A stretch of 64,000 bases of DNA from contig CAWIPH010000002.1 of NCBI GenBank assembly GCA_963837955.1, forward strand, positions 4,960,001 to 5,024,000, read 5' to 3'. Each line of letters opens with the position of its first letter. Position 1 is the stretch's first letter. The DNA comes from an uncultured Verrucomicrobiae bacterium. GTDB taxonomy: Bacteria; Verrucomicrobiota; Verrucomicrobiia; Chthoniobacterales; JAFAMB01. Under the pieces are notes generated by a model. That model ran no database searches, was not told the DNA's origin, and saw only the letters and a list, made by a program, of their open reading frames with translations. Positions 40,685 to 49,157 of the stretch are shown in pieces. Made by a program: the position numbers and the translations under genes.

Positions 40685-41846
40685 GGTTCTCGCATATCTG
40701 CTGGTCTTGGCGACGATCGTGACGTTTATCGTCGTTGCACTACACACTTTCGAGGTGCGGCTGGAGACGCAAGAGGGATATCCCGTTGCGTCTAGTTTTC
40801 GCGCCGATGCGCGAGGTTGCCGCGCGCTTTACGAAAGTCTTCATCGCATCCCTGGTGTCACAGTCACGCGTTTTCTCCGCTCGTTTGCTAATCTGCCCCC
40901 TCCCGAAAATCGATCCTTAATCGTGGCTGGAATCATCCCGGAATTGAATCTGCTCCAAGTGCGAGATCGAAAGTCTCTGAGCAGGTGGGTAGAAGGTGGA
41001 GGCACACTCATTGTTGCACTGGAGGTCCCGGACGGGCGGGCAGACCAAATCGCATCACCCGACTACGAAGTGGCTCCTCCGCCTAAGGAAACTAAAACAC
41101 CGACCCCTAGTAATAAGCCAACGACGCCGACCGAAGAGCGCTGGATCGACACCTTGCAAGGGGCCGGGGTGCGGGTCTTTCGCCACGCGGATGCGTCAGC
41201 TCGACATCGTTTCCTGTCTGATGTGTTCAAACCCTCGGGCTCCTGGCTCGGGCCGCTCTATTTCCAAGATATTCAATCGCCTTGGCGGGTAGTTGCCGAA
41301 GCGGACCATCTCCCCGTGGTAATCGAAAGATCTTTCGGCGGCGGAAATGTGATCCTCATCGCGGACTCTTATCTGCTCAGCAACGGATCGTTGGCAAGTG
41401 ATCGAGACGCGGGGTTCTTGGGCTGGCTCTTCCGGAAACAGACAACGATTCTTTTTGATGAAAGCCATTTCGGGATCATGGAAAATCCCGGTATAGCCAG
41501 TTTGGCGCGCCGCTACGGACTAGATTCCGCCTTTTTTGTGCTACTGATTCTTGCCCTGTTCTTCGTTTGGGCCAATCGCTACAGTCTCACACCGTTATCT
41601 ACAAAACGCGCTAATCGAAATTTGATCGTTCCGGGACAGGGCGGAGAAGCGGTGTTTGTGAATCTGCTTCGTCGGAGTCTGCCGGCCAAGGATTTGCTGT
41701 CAGCTAGCGCAGATCTCTGGCACCAGGGGACACACGATGCCGCTCAAATAAAAAAGTTTAACGGTTTACTCGCCACTCTCGATTCTCGCAGCTCGGTCGT
41801 CGACCGATACAACCTGCTTAGCCAACGTCTGAACGAACGCACATGA
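40662..41846 (+). CDS. DUF4350-like domain protein
   Basis: SSFRADARGCRALYESL, WVEGGGTLIV, DSYLLSN, ILFDESHFG. Confidence 0.8.
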   Translation: MPVSRKNKVLAYLLVLATIVTFIVVALHTFEVRLETQEGYPVASSFRADARGCRALYESLHRIPGVTVTRFLRSFANLPPPENRSLIVAGIIPELNLLQVRDRKSLSRWVEGGGTLIVALEVPDGRADQIASPDYEVAPPPKETKTPTPSNKPTTPTEERWIDTLQGAGVRVFRHADASARHRFLSDVFKPSGSWLGPLYFQDIQSPWRVVAEADHLPVVIERSFGGGNVILIADSYLLSNGSLASDRDAGFLGWLFRKQTTILFDESHFGIMENPGIASLARRYGLDSAFFVLLILALFFVWANRYSLTPLSTKRANRNLIVPGQGGEAVFVNLLRRSLPAKDLLSASADLWHQGTHDAAQIKKFNGLLATLDSRSSVVDRYNLLSQRLNERT

Positions 41847-42808
41847 ATGCATCCCTGGATGAATTAAAGGAAATACTTAACCGCGCGCGCTCGGAGGTCG
41901 CGAAGGTTGTGATCGGCCAAGAAGCACCGATTCGCTACGCCCTAATTGCCATCTTCACCAATCAGCATGCGCTGGTCGAGGGGGTGCCCGGAGTAGCCAA
42001 AACGTTATTGGTGAAGACGCTGGCCCATATCCTGGGCAGCCCTTTCAATCGCATCCAATTTACCCCGGACCTGATGCCCTCGGACATTATTGGAACGAAC
42101 ACGTTTCACCTGCAAAAGAATGAATTCGCCTTTGTGCCTGGACCCATTTTCACCACGTTTCTTTTGGCCGACGAAGTGAACCGGGCCCCCAGCAAGACTC
42201 AATCTGCACTGCTCCAAGCGATGCAGGAGCGCCAAGTGACCGTTGATCGGCAGACCTATACTCTGGCCAAAAATTTTACGGTATTCGCGACACAAAATCC
42301 GGTCGAGTTTGAAGGCACCTATCCGCTGCCCGAGGCGCAAAAAGATCGATTCATGTTAAAGATCCGCGTTGCCCTTCCGGAACGCGCGGAAGAATTGGAT
42401 TTGGCGAACCGGATGCTATCACAGAAAGCACCGGAGGCAGTATTGGAGCGCGGGATTGTACAGCAGGTTGTTTCGGAGGAAGACATCGAACGGCTTCGGA
42501 ATAATCTTTCTGAGGTGCTAGTAAAACCGGAGTTGCTGGCCTACTTGGTCGACATCGTCCGAGAGACCAGACAACACGAGAGCGTTTTGGTTGGAGCCGG
42601 TCCGCGCGCAACCCAATCTCTACTGTTGGCCAGCCGCGCGAACGCCGCCATTGATGGCCGTGACTTTGTCACACCCGACGACATTCGAACCTTGGCCAAT
42701 GGCGTCCTCGAACACCGCCTCATTCTTCGCCCAGAATTTGAAATCGAGGGTACAGACGCATTGTCGGTCATTCGAAAGATTCTCGATAAGGTTCCTGTTC
42801 CGCGATGA
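41843..42808 (+). CDS. moxR: MoxR-family AAA+ ATPase
   Basis: EGVPGVAKT, RIQFTPDLMPSD, LADEVNR, ATQNPVEFEGTYPLPEAQKDRF. Confidence 0.95.
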   Translation: MNASLDELKEILNRARSEVAKVVIGQEAPIRYALIAIFTNQHALVEGVPGVAKTLLVKTLAHILGSPFNRIQFTPDLMPSDIIGTNTFHLQKNEFAFVPGPIFTTFLLADEVNRAPSKTQSALLQAMQERQVTVDRQTYTLAKNFTVFATQNPVEFEGTYPLPEAQKDRFMLKIRVALPERAEELDLANRMLSQKAPEAVLERGIVQQVVSEEDIERLRNNLSEVLVKPELLAYLVDIVRETRQHESVLVGAGPRATQSLLLASRANAAIDGRDFVTPDDIRTLANGVLEHRLILRPEFEIEGTDALSVIRKILDKVPVPR

Positions 42809-44157
42809 TTGCTCCGCGCCCCAGCTTGGTCGGATGGGGGATGGCGGTTGTCTTGCCTCTGACAATCGTTTCAACAGTGTTACCCGGTTGGCGGGCGCTC
42901 ACCGTACCGGCCATTGCGCTCTTTGTCCTGATCTCGTTCCTGGATCTGCTTTGGAACTGGAGAAAACATCGAGATCTTGAATTTGTCGGGCCAGACACGA
43001 TTCGCACAATTGCCGGGCGTATTTTCCAACTTTCTTTGCGCTTGTCTGCGCCCCCGGCCCATTCGGGCGAAATACGCATCGCTCCCGCTCTGCCTTCTTC
43101 GGTCTTTCTGACGACTGACGACGCAGTGCTCAAGCTTCGATCGGCCGAGGAGCCACCTGTCGTTCTGCTAGAGCTCAAAGCGGAGGCGCGCGGGATCTTC
43201 CTGATTTCCCACGTTTTCTTCGACTGGATCTCACCCCTCGGTTGGTGGATCTACCGCGAACGACAAGCGCTCCGTTGTGAGGTTCGGACTTATCCAGACC
43301 TCACCGCAGAAGGGCGCCAATTAGCTCGTTTTCTCAAACGGAATGAGGTGGGTATCCACCATTATCGGCACCTGGGGCGGGGCCGCGAATTCGAAAAGCT
43401 GCGGGAATATGCGCCCGGCGATAGTTTCGATACCATTCATTGGAAGGGGACCGCAAAGCGCCGGTACCCGATTACCAAGGTTTACCAGATCGAAAAAGCC
43501 CAAGAGGTTTATGTGGCGGTTGACGCCTCTCGCCTGAGCGGCCGTCTGGTCTCAAACGAATACCGAGGTTCGGGATCATCCGACCAGCAAATCCCAGCTC
43601 TGGAGCGAACGATTGCAGCCTCTTTGCTCTTTTGTGCGGCCGCGCAGAGCCAAGGCGATCTCTTCGGTCTGTTAACGTTCAGTGACAAAATTGACCATCT
43701 GGTTACCGCCCGCAGCGGGCCCGCCCACTTTAACCGCTGCCGCGATGTGCTCACAGGTATCCATACTCGATTGGTCTCACCTGATTTTGGAGAGATCGCG
43801 GGTACACTCATGACCCGGATAAAGCGACGCGCTCTCATCCTGTTCCTCACTTCGCTAGATGATCCGGTATTATCGGAAGCGTTCTTATCGAGCATGGATT
43901 TCGTTGCTCGGCGCCACCTCGTACTAGCCGTCATGCTGCTGGCGCCGTCCGTTCGCCCGCTCTTTTCTCCGCCAGGAGTAGAGAAAACAGATGAGATCTA
44001 TCAGAACATCGCCGGACATCTCCGTTGGACCCATCTCACCGAGCTGCGACGTCAGCTCCATCAGCGCGGTATTCAACTCTGTCTTGTGTCCAACAAAAGC
44101 GTGAGCTTGGAGGTTGTCAGCCAATACCTCGCGTTGAAACGACGGCAAGCCTTATGA
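42805..44157 (+). CDS. DUF58-domain (vWA-like) protein
   Basis: GREFEKLREYAPGD...IHWKGTA, AVDASRLS, GDLFGL. Confidence 0.9.
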   Translation: MIAPRPSLVGWGMAVVLPLTIVSTVLPGWRALTVPAIALFVLISFLDLLWNWRKHRDLEFVGPDTIRTIAGRIFQLSLRLSAPPAHSGEIRIAPALPSSVFLTTDDAVLKLRSAEEPPVVLLELKAEARGIFLISHVFFDWISPLGWWIYRERQALRCEVRTYPDLTAEGRQLARFLKRNEVGIHHYRHLGRGREFEKLREYAPGDSFDTIHWKGTAKRRYPITKVYQIEKAQEVYVAVDASRLSGRLVSNEYRGSGSSDQQIPALERTIAASLLFCAAAQSQGDLFGLLTFSDKIDHLVTARSGPAHFNRCRDVLTGIHTRLVSPDFGEIAGTLMTRIKRRALILFLTSLDDPVLSEAFLSSMDFVARRHLVLAVMLLAPSVRPLFSPPGVEKTDEIYQNIAGHLRWTHLTELRRQLHQRGIQLCLVSNKSVSLEVVSQYLALKRRQAL

Positions 44158-45185
44158 TTATAGATCTTCGCCAGTTCATCGAAACGGAACGCAAGATCTG
44201 GGACGAGCTTTCCCAGCGGATACAACGACTGGAGAATAATCCAAACACGCCACTATCAGTCGGTGACGCGGAACGAATTTATTACTTGTACGAGCGCACG
44301 AGCTCAGCCCTGGTCCGTATTACCACTTTCGCAGCCGAGCCGAGCTTAGTGGTTTTCTTACAGTCAATGATTGCGCGCGCGTACACCGAATTGAACGAGG
44401 TGCGCACCCGCGACCGCAAGTTCGGTCTCCTACGATGGTTTTTCATTACTTTTCCAAGCACGTTCCGTCGCCATTGGCGCTACTTCCTATTCGCTTTAGT
44501 GCTGACAGTGGCAGGCGGCCTATTTGGTGGACTGGCAATCGCTTTTGATCCCGAAGCAAAACCGGTTCTGCTAGGATCTTTCCCTCATTTGCTCGGAGAT
44601 CCGACCGAAAGAGTTCGAGAAGAAGAAACTCCAGAAGGAACGGGACGGCATTTGGCGGGCGAGCATACTACTTTTTCGGCAACGCTAATGACTCACAACA
44701 TCCGAGTTGCAATTGGCGTTCTGGCTCTTGGTATGACCTGGGCGATCGGGACGATGATACTTTTGTTTTACAACGGAGTGATTCTTGGAGCGGTGATAAT
44801 TGACTACATTCGGGCTGGCCAATCAGTTTTTCTCTCGGGTTGGTTACTTCCGCACGGGGTCATCGAGATTCCTGCTATTTTGATTGCCGCCCAAGCAGGT
44901 CTATTGCTCGGCCAAGCGCTTGTTGGTTGGAGATCCTCCGAACCCATCGGCCAACGACTTCGGTCGATCGGAAATCCAATGGTCACACTAATCTGCGGTG
45001 CCGGCCTGATGCTAGTCTGGGCGGGACTAGTCGAATCGTTCCTGTCGCAATACCATGAGCCGGTCGTACCTTATGCAGCAAAGATCGGTTTTGGACTTAC
45101 GGAATTACTCGTCCTGATTCTCTTTTTGGCGTTTTCCGGGAGAACCAAAACCGAAGAAAATCTCACGCAAAGACGCGAAGCCTAA
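44154..45185 (+). CDS. Stage II sporulation protein M (SpoIIM/DUF95)-like membrane protein
   Basis: THNIRVA, LFYNGVILGA, LPHGVIEIPAI, AGLVESF; the last codons are supplied by the adjacent repeat array. Confidence 0.88.
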   Translation: MIIDLRQFIETERKIWDELSQRIQRLENNPNTPLSVGDAERIYYLYERTSSALVRITTFAAEPSLVVFLQSMIARAYTELNEVRTRDRKFGLLRWFFITFPSTFRRHWRYFLFALVLTVAGGLFGGLAIAFDPEAKPVLLGSFPHLLGDPTERVREEETPEGTGRHLAGEHTTFSATLMTHNIRVAIGVLALGMTWAIGTMILLFYNGVILGAVIIDYIRAGQSVFLSGWLLPHGVIEIPAILIAAQAGLLLGQALVGWRSSEPIGQRLRSIGNPMVTLICGAGLMLVWAGLVESFLSQYHEPVVPYAAKIGFGLTELLVLILFLAFSGRTKTEENLTQRREA

Positions 45186-45291
45186 GATCTCACGCAAAGG
45201 TTTCGGACCAGAAGATAAAATCTCACGCAAAGACGCCAAGACGCAAAGGTTTCGGATTAGAGGATATGAACCTCACGCGAAGGCGCAAAGG

Positions 45292-45675
45292 TTACTCAAG
45301 GTTATTGACGACTCGATGGATTCCGTTTTTGAGCATTGCTTCACCAAAATTGATTAACAATCCGAGACGGAGACCGGTAAGTCGGAGGTATGTAAGAAGC
45401 TGCTTGAAATGGATGGGTTCCAACTTTTCGACTGATTTCAGTTCCAGAATAACGAGCTCGCTCACCAGCACGTCCAGCTTGAATCCGACGTCGAAAGTGA
45501 TCCCATCGTACACGAGCGGAACTGGTATTTGATTGCGAATTGTAAATTCGCGCTTCTTTAGCTCATGGATCAGCACAGGCTCGTACACAGCTTCATATAC
45601 CCCAGGACCGAAATGCTTATGCAACTTAACAGCAGCATCTACAACTTCCTTGGCGATGCGATTTTCTTCGGACAT
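45292..45675 (-). CDS. GxxExxY protein (PD-(D/E)XK nuclease-like fold)
   Basis: GPGVYEAVY, LDVLV...ILELKSV, QLLTYL, GLLINFG; 127 aa. Confidence 0.93.
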   Translation of the reverse strand: MSEENRIAKEVVDAAVKLHKHFGPGVYEAVYEPVLIHELKKREFTIRNQIPVPLVYDGITFDVGFKLDVLVSELVILELKSVEKLEPIHFKQLLTYLRLTGLRLGLLINFGEAMLKNGIHRVVNNLE

Positions 45676-45679
45676 GGGA

Positions 45680-45728
45680 TTGTATATAACATAATATATA
45701 CGAGTTGTATATATCTTATCTCATACAA
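45680..45728. promoter_or_regulatory. Tandem AT-rich palindromes upstream of the GxxExxY gene
   Basis: TTGTAT-N12-ATACGA (45680-45703) and TTGTAT-N12-ATACAA (45705-45728). Confidence 0.6.
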
Positions 45729-45843
45729 TCTTCTCTTTAGTCCAAACTTCGCGTCTTTGCGTGAGGTTCAAATTCTCTAATCCGAAAACTTTGCGTCTTG
45801 GCGTCTTTGCGTGAGATTTCAGTCCTCTTTTGCGTGAACTCCT

Positions 45844-46617
45844 ATGCGGGATGGAACATTAACTAACGAACTTCTACTGCAAACTCCCGAGGGAGTACGC
45901 TTTCGTTTTCGCTTGGCCGGACCGGCGACTCGGCTGTTCGCCTTGTACATCGACTTTGCTTGTATCTTGGTCCTGTTGTCATTCATCAGCTCCGCCGCTG
46001 GCTTGTTCAAAGTCATCAGCGCAGATCTATTTTTAGCCACGGAGACGATTGCTTATTTTGTCCTGTCGGTCGGCTATTTTATGGCGCTCGAATGGATTTT
46101 TCGTGGCCAAACTCTGGGAAAGCGTGTCATGAAGCTCCGCGTTGTTGATGCTGACGGATTGCGGCTCCGATTTTTTCAAATTGTCATCCGCAACCTCTTG
46201 CGCGCGGTCGACATGTTACCGGGCCTCTACACCGTCGGAGGGATCGCAGTGTTACTCTCTCCGAAATTGCAACGGTTGGGCGATATTGCCGCAAACACGA
46301 TCGTTATCCGCACGAACACCGAGACTATACCGGATCTCGAACCGCTTCTTGGCAGTTCGTACAACTCCCTCCGATCCTATCCCCATCTCGCGGCCCGCCT
46401 GCGCCAGGCCATCCAACCAGAAGAGGCACAAATCGCTTTGGACGCCATTTTCCGTCGCGACGAACTGCGAGCGGACGCGCGGATCGATCTATTTTCGGAG
46501 CTGGCTGCTCATTTCCGCTCTTCCGTTTCGTTTCCCGAAGAAAGTGTCATCGGACTCACCGACGAACAGTACGTCCGCAACATCGTGGACCTGCTATTCC
46601 GGCCACGAGCGGAGTAG
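45844..46617 (+). CDS. RDD-family protein
   Basis: TPEGV...LAGPATRLFALYID, GQTLGKR, IRNLLRAVD, QRLGDIAA. Confidence 0.92.
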   Translation: MRDGTLTNELLLQTPEGVRFRFRLAGPATRLFALYIDFACILVLLSFISSAAGLFKVISADLFLATETIAYFVLSVGYFMALEWIFRGQTLGKRVMKLRVVDADGLRLRFFQIVIRNLLRAVDMLPGLYTVGGIAVLLSPKLQRLGDIAANTIVIRTNTETIPDLEPLLGSSYNSLRSYPHLAARLRQAIQPEEAQIALDAIFRRDELRADARIDLFSELAAHFRSSVSFPEESVIGLTDEQYVRNIVDLLFRPRAE

Positions 46618-46802
46618 AATCTCACGCAAAGACGAAGAAAATCTCACGCAAAGACGCCAAGACGCAAAGATTTCGGAGTGTCAGTTAATCTTCTACCGAA
46701 GTAATTCTCAAAAATCATATTTAACCGGGCGTTAATAGCCCTCTTCAATCTTGGCGTCTTTGCGCCTTTGCGTGAGATTTTCTTCGTCTTTGCGTGAGAT
46801 TC
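46617..46802. mobile_element. Miniature GxxExxY-family element (MITE-like), copy 2
   Basis: 56-bp inverted arms (46617-46672 / 46747-46802, 3 mismatches); core translates on + as EVILKNHI*PGVN, resembling EAMLKNGIHRVVN. Confidence 0.65.
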
Positions 46803-46820
46803 TTAAGGTTTGACGCAGCC

Positions 46821-47591
46821 CTATCTCACGATGCCGCGCTGGCTCAACTCGATAAATTGCATCAACTCGTTGACTTCCGGCGTCTCCGCTAAGCTCCTCG
46901 CCAATTCTTCCAGAGCTTGTTTCGTGTTCAATTTGGCCCGGTATAGGATCCGGTACGCCTCTTTCAACGCTCGGATGGTGTCGCCGTTAAATCCGCGTCG
47001 CTCTAATCCCACGAGATTAATCCCCCTGACCTCGGCCGGGTTCCCGTCGACGATCATGAAAGGGGGAACGTCCTGGACGACCTTAGTGCAACCACCGGTG
47101 ATTGCATGCTTACCGATTCGGCAGAACTGGTGCACAGCGGTAAGTCCACCCAAGACAGCATATTCCTGCACCACCACATGTCCCCCCAAAGTCCCGTTAT
47201 TGGAAAAGATCACCCGATCCCCGACATCACAATCGTGCGCGATATGGCTGTAGGCCAAGAAATTCCCATTGCTGCCCACCCGGGTCACGTTCCCAACTCC
47301 GGTCGCTCGATTCACAGTAACGAACTCTCGGAATACGTTCTCATCTCCGATTTCCAGATAGGTCGGCTCACCCGCGTACTTTAGATCTTGGCTTTGCTGA
47401 CCAATGGAACAATAAGCATGAAAACGGTTTCGCGCGCCGATCTTGGCAGGACCGCACAGGGTGACGTGATTTTGCAACCAACATCCATCACCAAGTACGA
47501 CGGCGGGCCCGATAACGCAGTACGGTCCGATCGTTACCTCGGCACCAATCTCAGCTTTGGGATCGATGATCGCCGTCGAGTGAACGTTCAT
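46821..47591 (-). CDS. lpxA: UDP-N-acetylglucosamine O-acyltransferase
   Basis: Hexapeptide repeats, QDLKY, AYSHIAHDC, AVHQFCRIG, QDVPPF; ATG 47591 coupled to the lpxC-fabZ stop. Confidence 0.96.
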   Translation of the reverse strand: MNVHSTAIIDPKAEIGAEVTIGPYCVIGPAVVLGDGCWLQNHVTLCGPAKIGARNRFHAYCSIGQQSQDLKYAGEPTYLEIGDENVFREFVTVNRATGVGNVTRVGSNGNFLAYSHIAHDCDVGDRVIFSNNGTLGGHVVVQEYAVLGGLTAVHQFCRIGKHAITGGCTKVVQDVPPFMIVDGNPAEVRGINLVGLERRGFNGDTIRALKEAYRILYRAKLNTKQALEELARSLAETPEVNELMQFIELSQRGIVR

Positions 47592-48898
47592 TGCGCAACG
47601 TAAGCAAACATCAACGTCGCTTCTGAAGTTACTTCTCCGTTGACCAAGCAGCGGCAACTCGCCTTGGCAATAGTTGCCTTAGCTCGGACCAGCTCTGCTT
47701 CGATAATTAAGGTGTCTCCAGGCAGAACCGGTTTGCGAAACTTCACCTCGTCCGCACTCATGAAATACCCAATTCCGCTCAAGGAAGTTCGTTTGCTCAT
47801 CAAAATGCTCGCCACTTGAGCCATCGCTTCCAATTGCAGCACTCCCGGCATCACTGGATGGCCGGGAAAATGTCCTTGAAAATAGGGTTCATTGATTGTC
47901 ACCGATTTCATCCCGACAATTTTGTTCTCCCCCTCAAATGCCAGGATTCGGTCAATCATAAGAAACGGGAATCGGTGGGGCAACACTGCTTGGACGTCGG
48001 TTACATCCATCACAGCTGAGCCGCGAGGAATGACCTGGGGTGGAACCATCGCCAACATCTGGGCGCGCCGCTTCCATATCGCCTTGGTTAGCTCGCTATT
48101 TGCGGCGTGACCCGGTTTCACCACGATGACATGCCCGCGGATTCGGCAACCCGCCAAAAAAAGATCACCTATGACATCTAAAATCTTGTGCCGGACAAAT
48201 TCGTCCGGATAACGCAGCGGCTCCTTACTCATCAATGAATCGCCGCGTATGACGATCGCACTTTCAAGGCTTCCTCCGCGAATCAATCCTTTATCAAGCA
48301 ACGGTTTGACGTCTTCGAAAAATACAAAGGTCCGAGCCTGAGCTATTTCCTTTTCGTAGATTTGCGGAGTGACTTCCGTGGAATAGAATTGGGTGAACCG
48401 GCCGTCCGGCCCTACCTGCGTACAGGAAATTCGAAATTTTTCATCGGGCACGATAGTCAAGAGTGAGCCGCTCTTCGTCTCAACATGCAATGTGTCACGA
48501 ATTTCGAAGACTTTGGCATAAGCACCCTGTTCTTCGAGGCCACATTTCTTGATAAGTTCCACGTAGGCTCGCGAGCTACCGTCGGCGATCGGCAGTTCGT
48601 TACCATTCATCTCTACGATGGCATTATCGACTCCCATCCCATGCAGAGCGGAGAGTAAGTGCTCGACGGTATGAACTTTGACGTTCCCTTCCGCTAGGGT
48701 CGTGGCTCGTTCGACCAGCCTGACGTTGTCAATTTTTGCTTCTACAGTCGGCTCATCCTTGAGGTCAATTCGTTTGAATTTGATCCCATGATCGAGTGGA
48801 GCGGGCTTCAAGGTCACATTTACCTCTTCACCCGTGTGTAGAGAAGTCCCAGTCAGGCTAGCGGATTTAGCCAGCGTTTGTTGATGCGGAAACACCAT
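47588..48898 (-). CDS. lpxC-fabZ: Bifunctional LpxC deacetylase / FabZ dehydratase
   Basis: TVEHLLSAL, DGSS, ARTF, RHKILDVIGD (LpxC); LPHRFPFLMIDR, GHFPGHPVMPGVLQLEAMAQ (FabZ). Confidence 0.96.
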   Translation of the reverse strand: MVFPHQQTLAKSASLTGTSLHTGEEVNVTLKPAPLDHGIKFKRIDLKDEPTVEAKIDNVRLVERATTLAEGNVKVHTVEHLLSALHGMGVDNAIVEMNGNELPIADGSSRAYVELIKKCGLEEQGAYAKVFEIRDTLHVETKSGSLLTIVPDEKFRISCTQVGPDGRFTQFYSTEVTPQIYEKEIAQARTFVFFEDVKPLLDKGLIRGGSLESAIVIRGDSLMSKEPLRYPDEFVRHKILDVIGDLFLAGCRIRGHVIVVKPGHAANSELTKAIWKRRAQMLAMVPPQVIPRGSAVMDVTDVQAVLPHRFPFLMIDRILAFEGENKIVGMKSVTINEPYFQGHFPGHPVMPGVLQLEAMAQVASILMSKRTSLSGIGYFMSADEVKFRKPVLPGDTLIIEAELVRAKATIAKASCRCLVNGEVTSEATLMFAYVAQ

Positions 48899-48947
48899 AG
48901 CGGAACGTCCGAGTTAACACATTCGCCCCTGGGAGGCAACCTCCGCT

Positions 48948-49157
48948 AGAAGTTACCGGTTACAAGTTGCAGGTTGCAGGTTACAAGTTGACCGAGGGCG
49001 TCGGACACGTGGGAAACCAGCGAATAACCCAAGATGCACCGAGGAATCGAGCCCGGTTCCGTCATCCTGCAGGCCTGATCAATTCCAATTCTGGTTCGAA
49101 TGCTCGCTGAGGTCCGACCCGTAACCTGCAACCTGTAACTTGTAACCTGCAACTTCT
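48948..49157. repeat. Inverted heptamer arrays (GTTACAA/GTTGCAG) around a ~130-bp core
   Basis: Left array 48948-48990, complementary right array 49121-49157. Confidence 0.85.

Larger units (their letters stand above)
45153..45837. mobile_element. Putative GxxExxY element: inverted CTCACGCAAAGACGC(C/A)AAG arrays enclosing a GxxExxY gene
   Basis: Left array 45153-45291, right array 45747-45837 in opposite orientation; sits antisense between spoIIM-like and RDD genes. Confidence 0.7.

Noticed and set aside
44154..45185. Evidence for sporulation
   Set aside because: SpoIIM-like (DUF95) domains are widespread in non-sporulating bacteria, and this organism encodes lipid A synthesis.
45153..45291. 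GxxExxY-flanking arrays as a mini-CRISPR
   Set aside because: The linkers between units are short, similar to each other and shared between loci, and the arrays occur as inverted pairs, unlike CRISPR.
48991..49120. Four-helix-bundle gene remnant in the heptamer element core
   Set aside because: Only a weak IDQACRM resemblance on the minus strand, which cannot be supported without a search.
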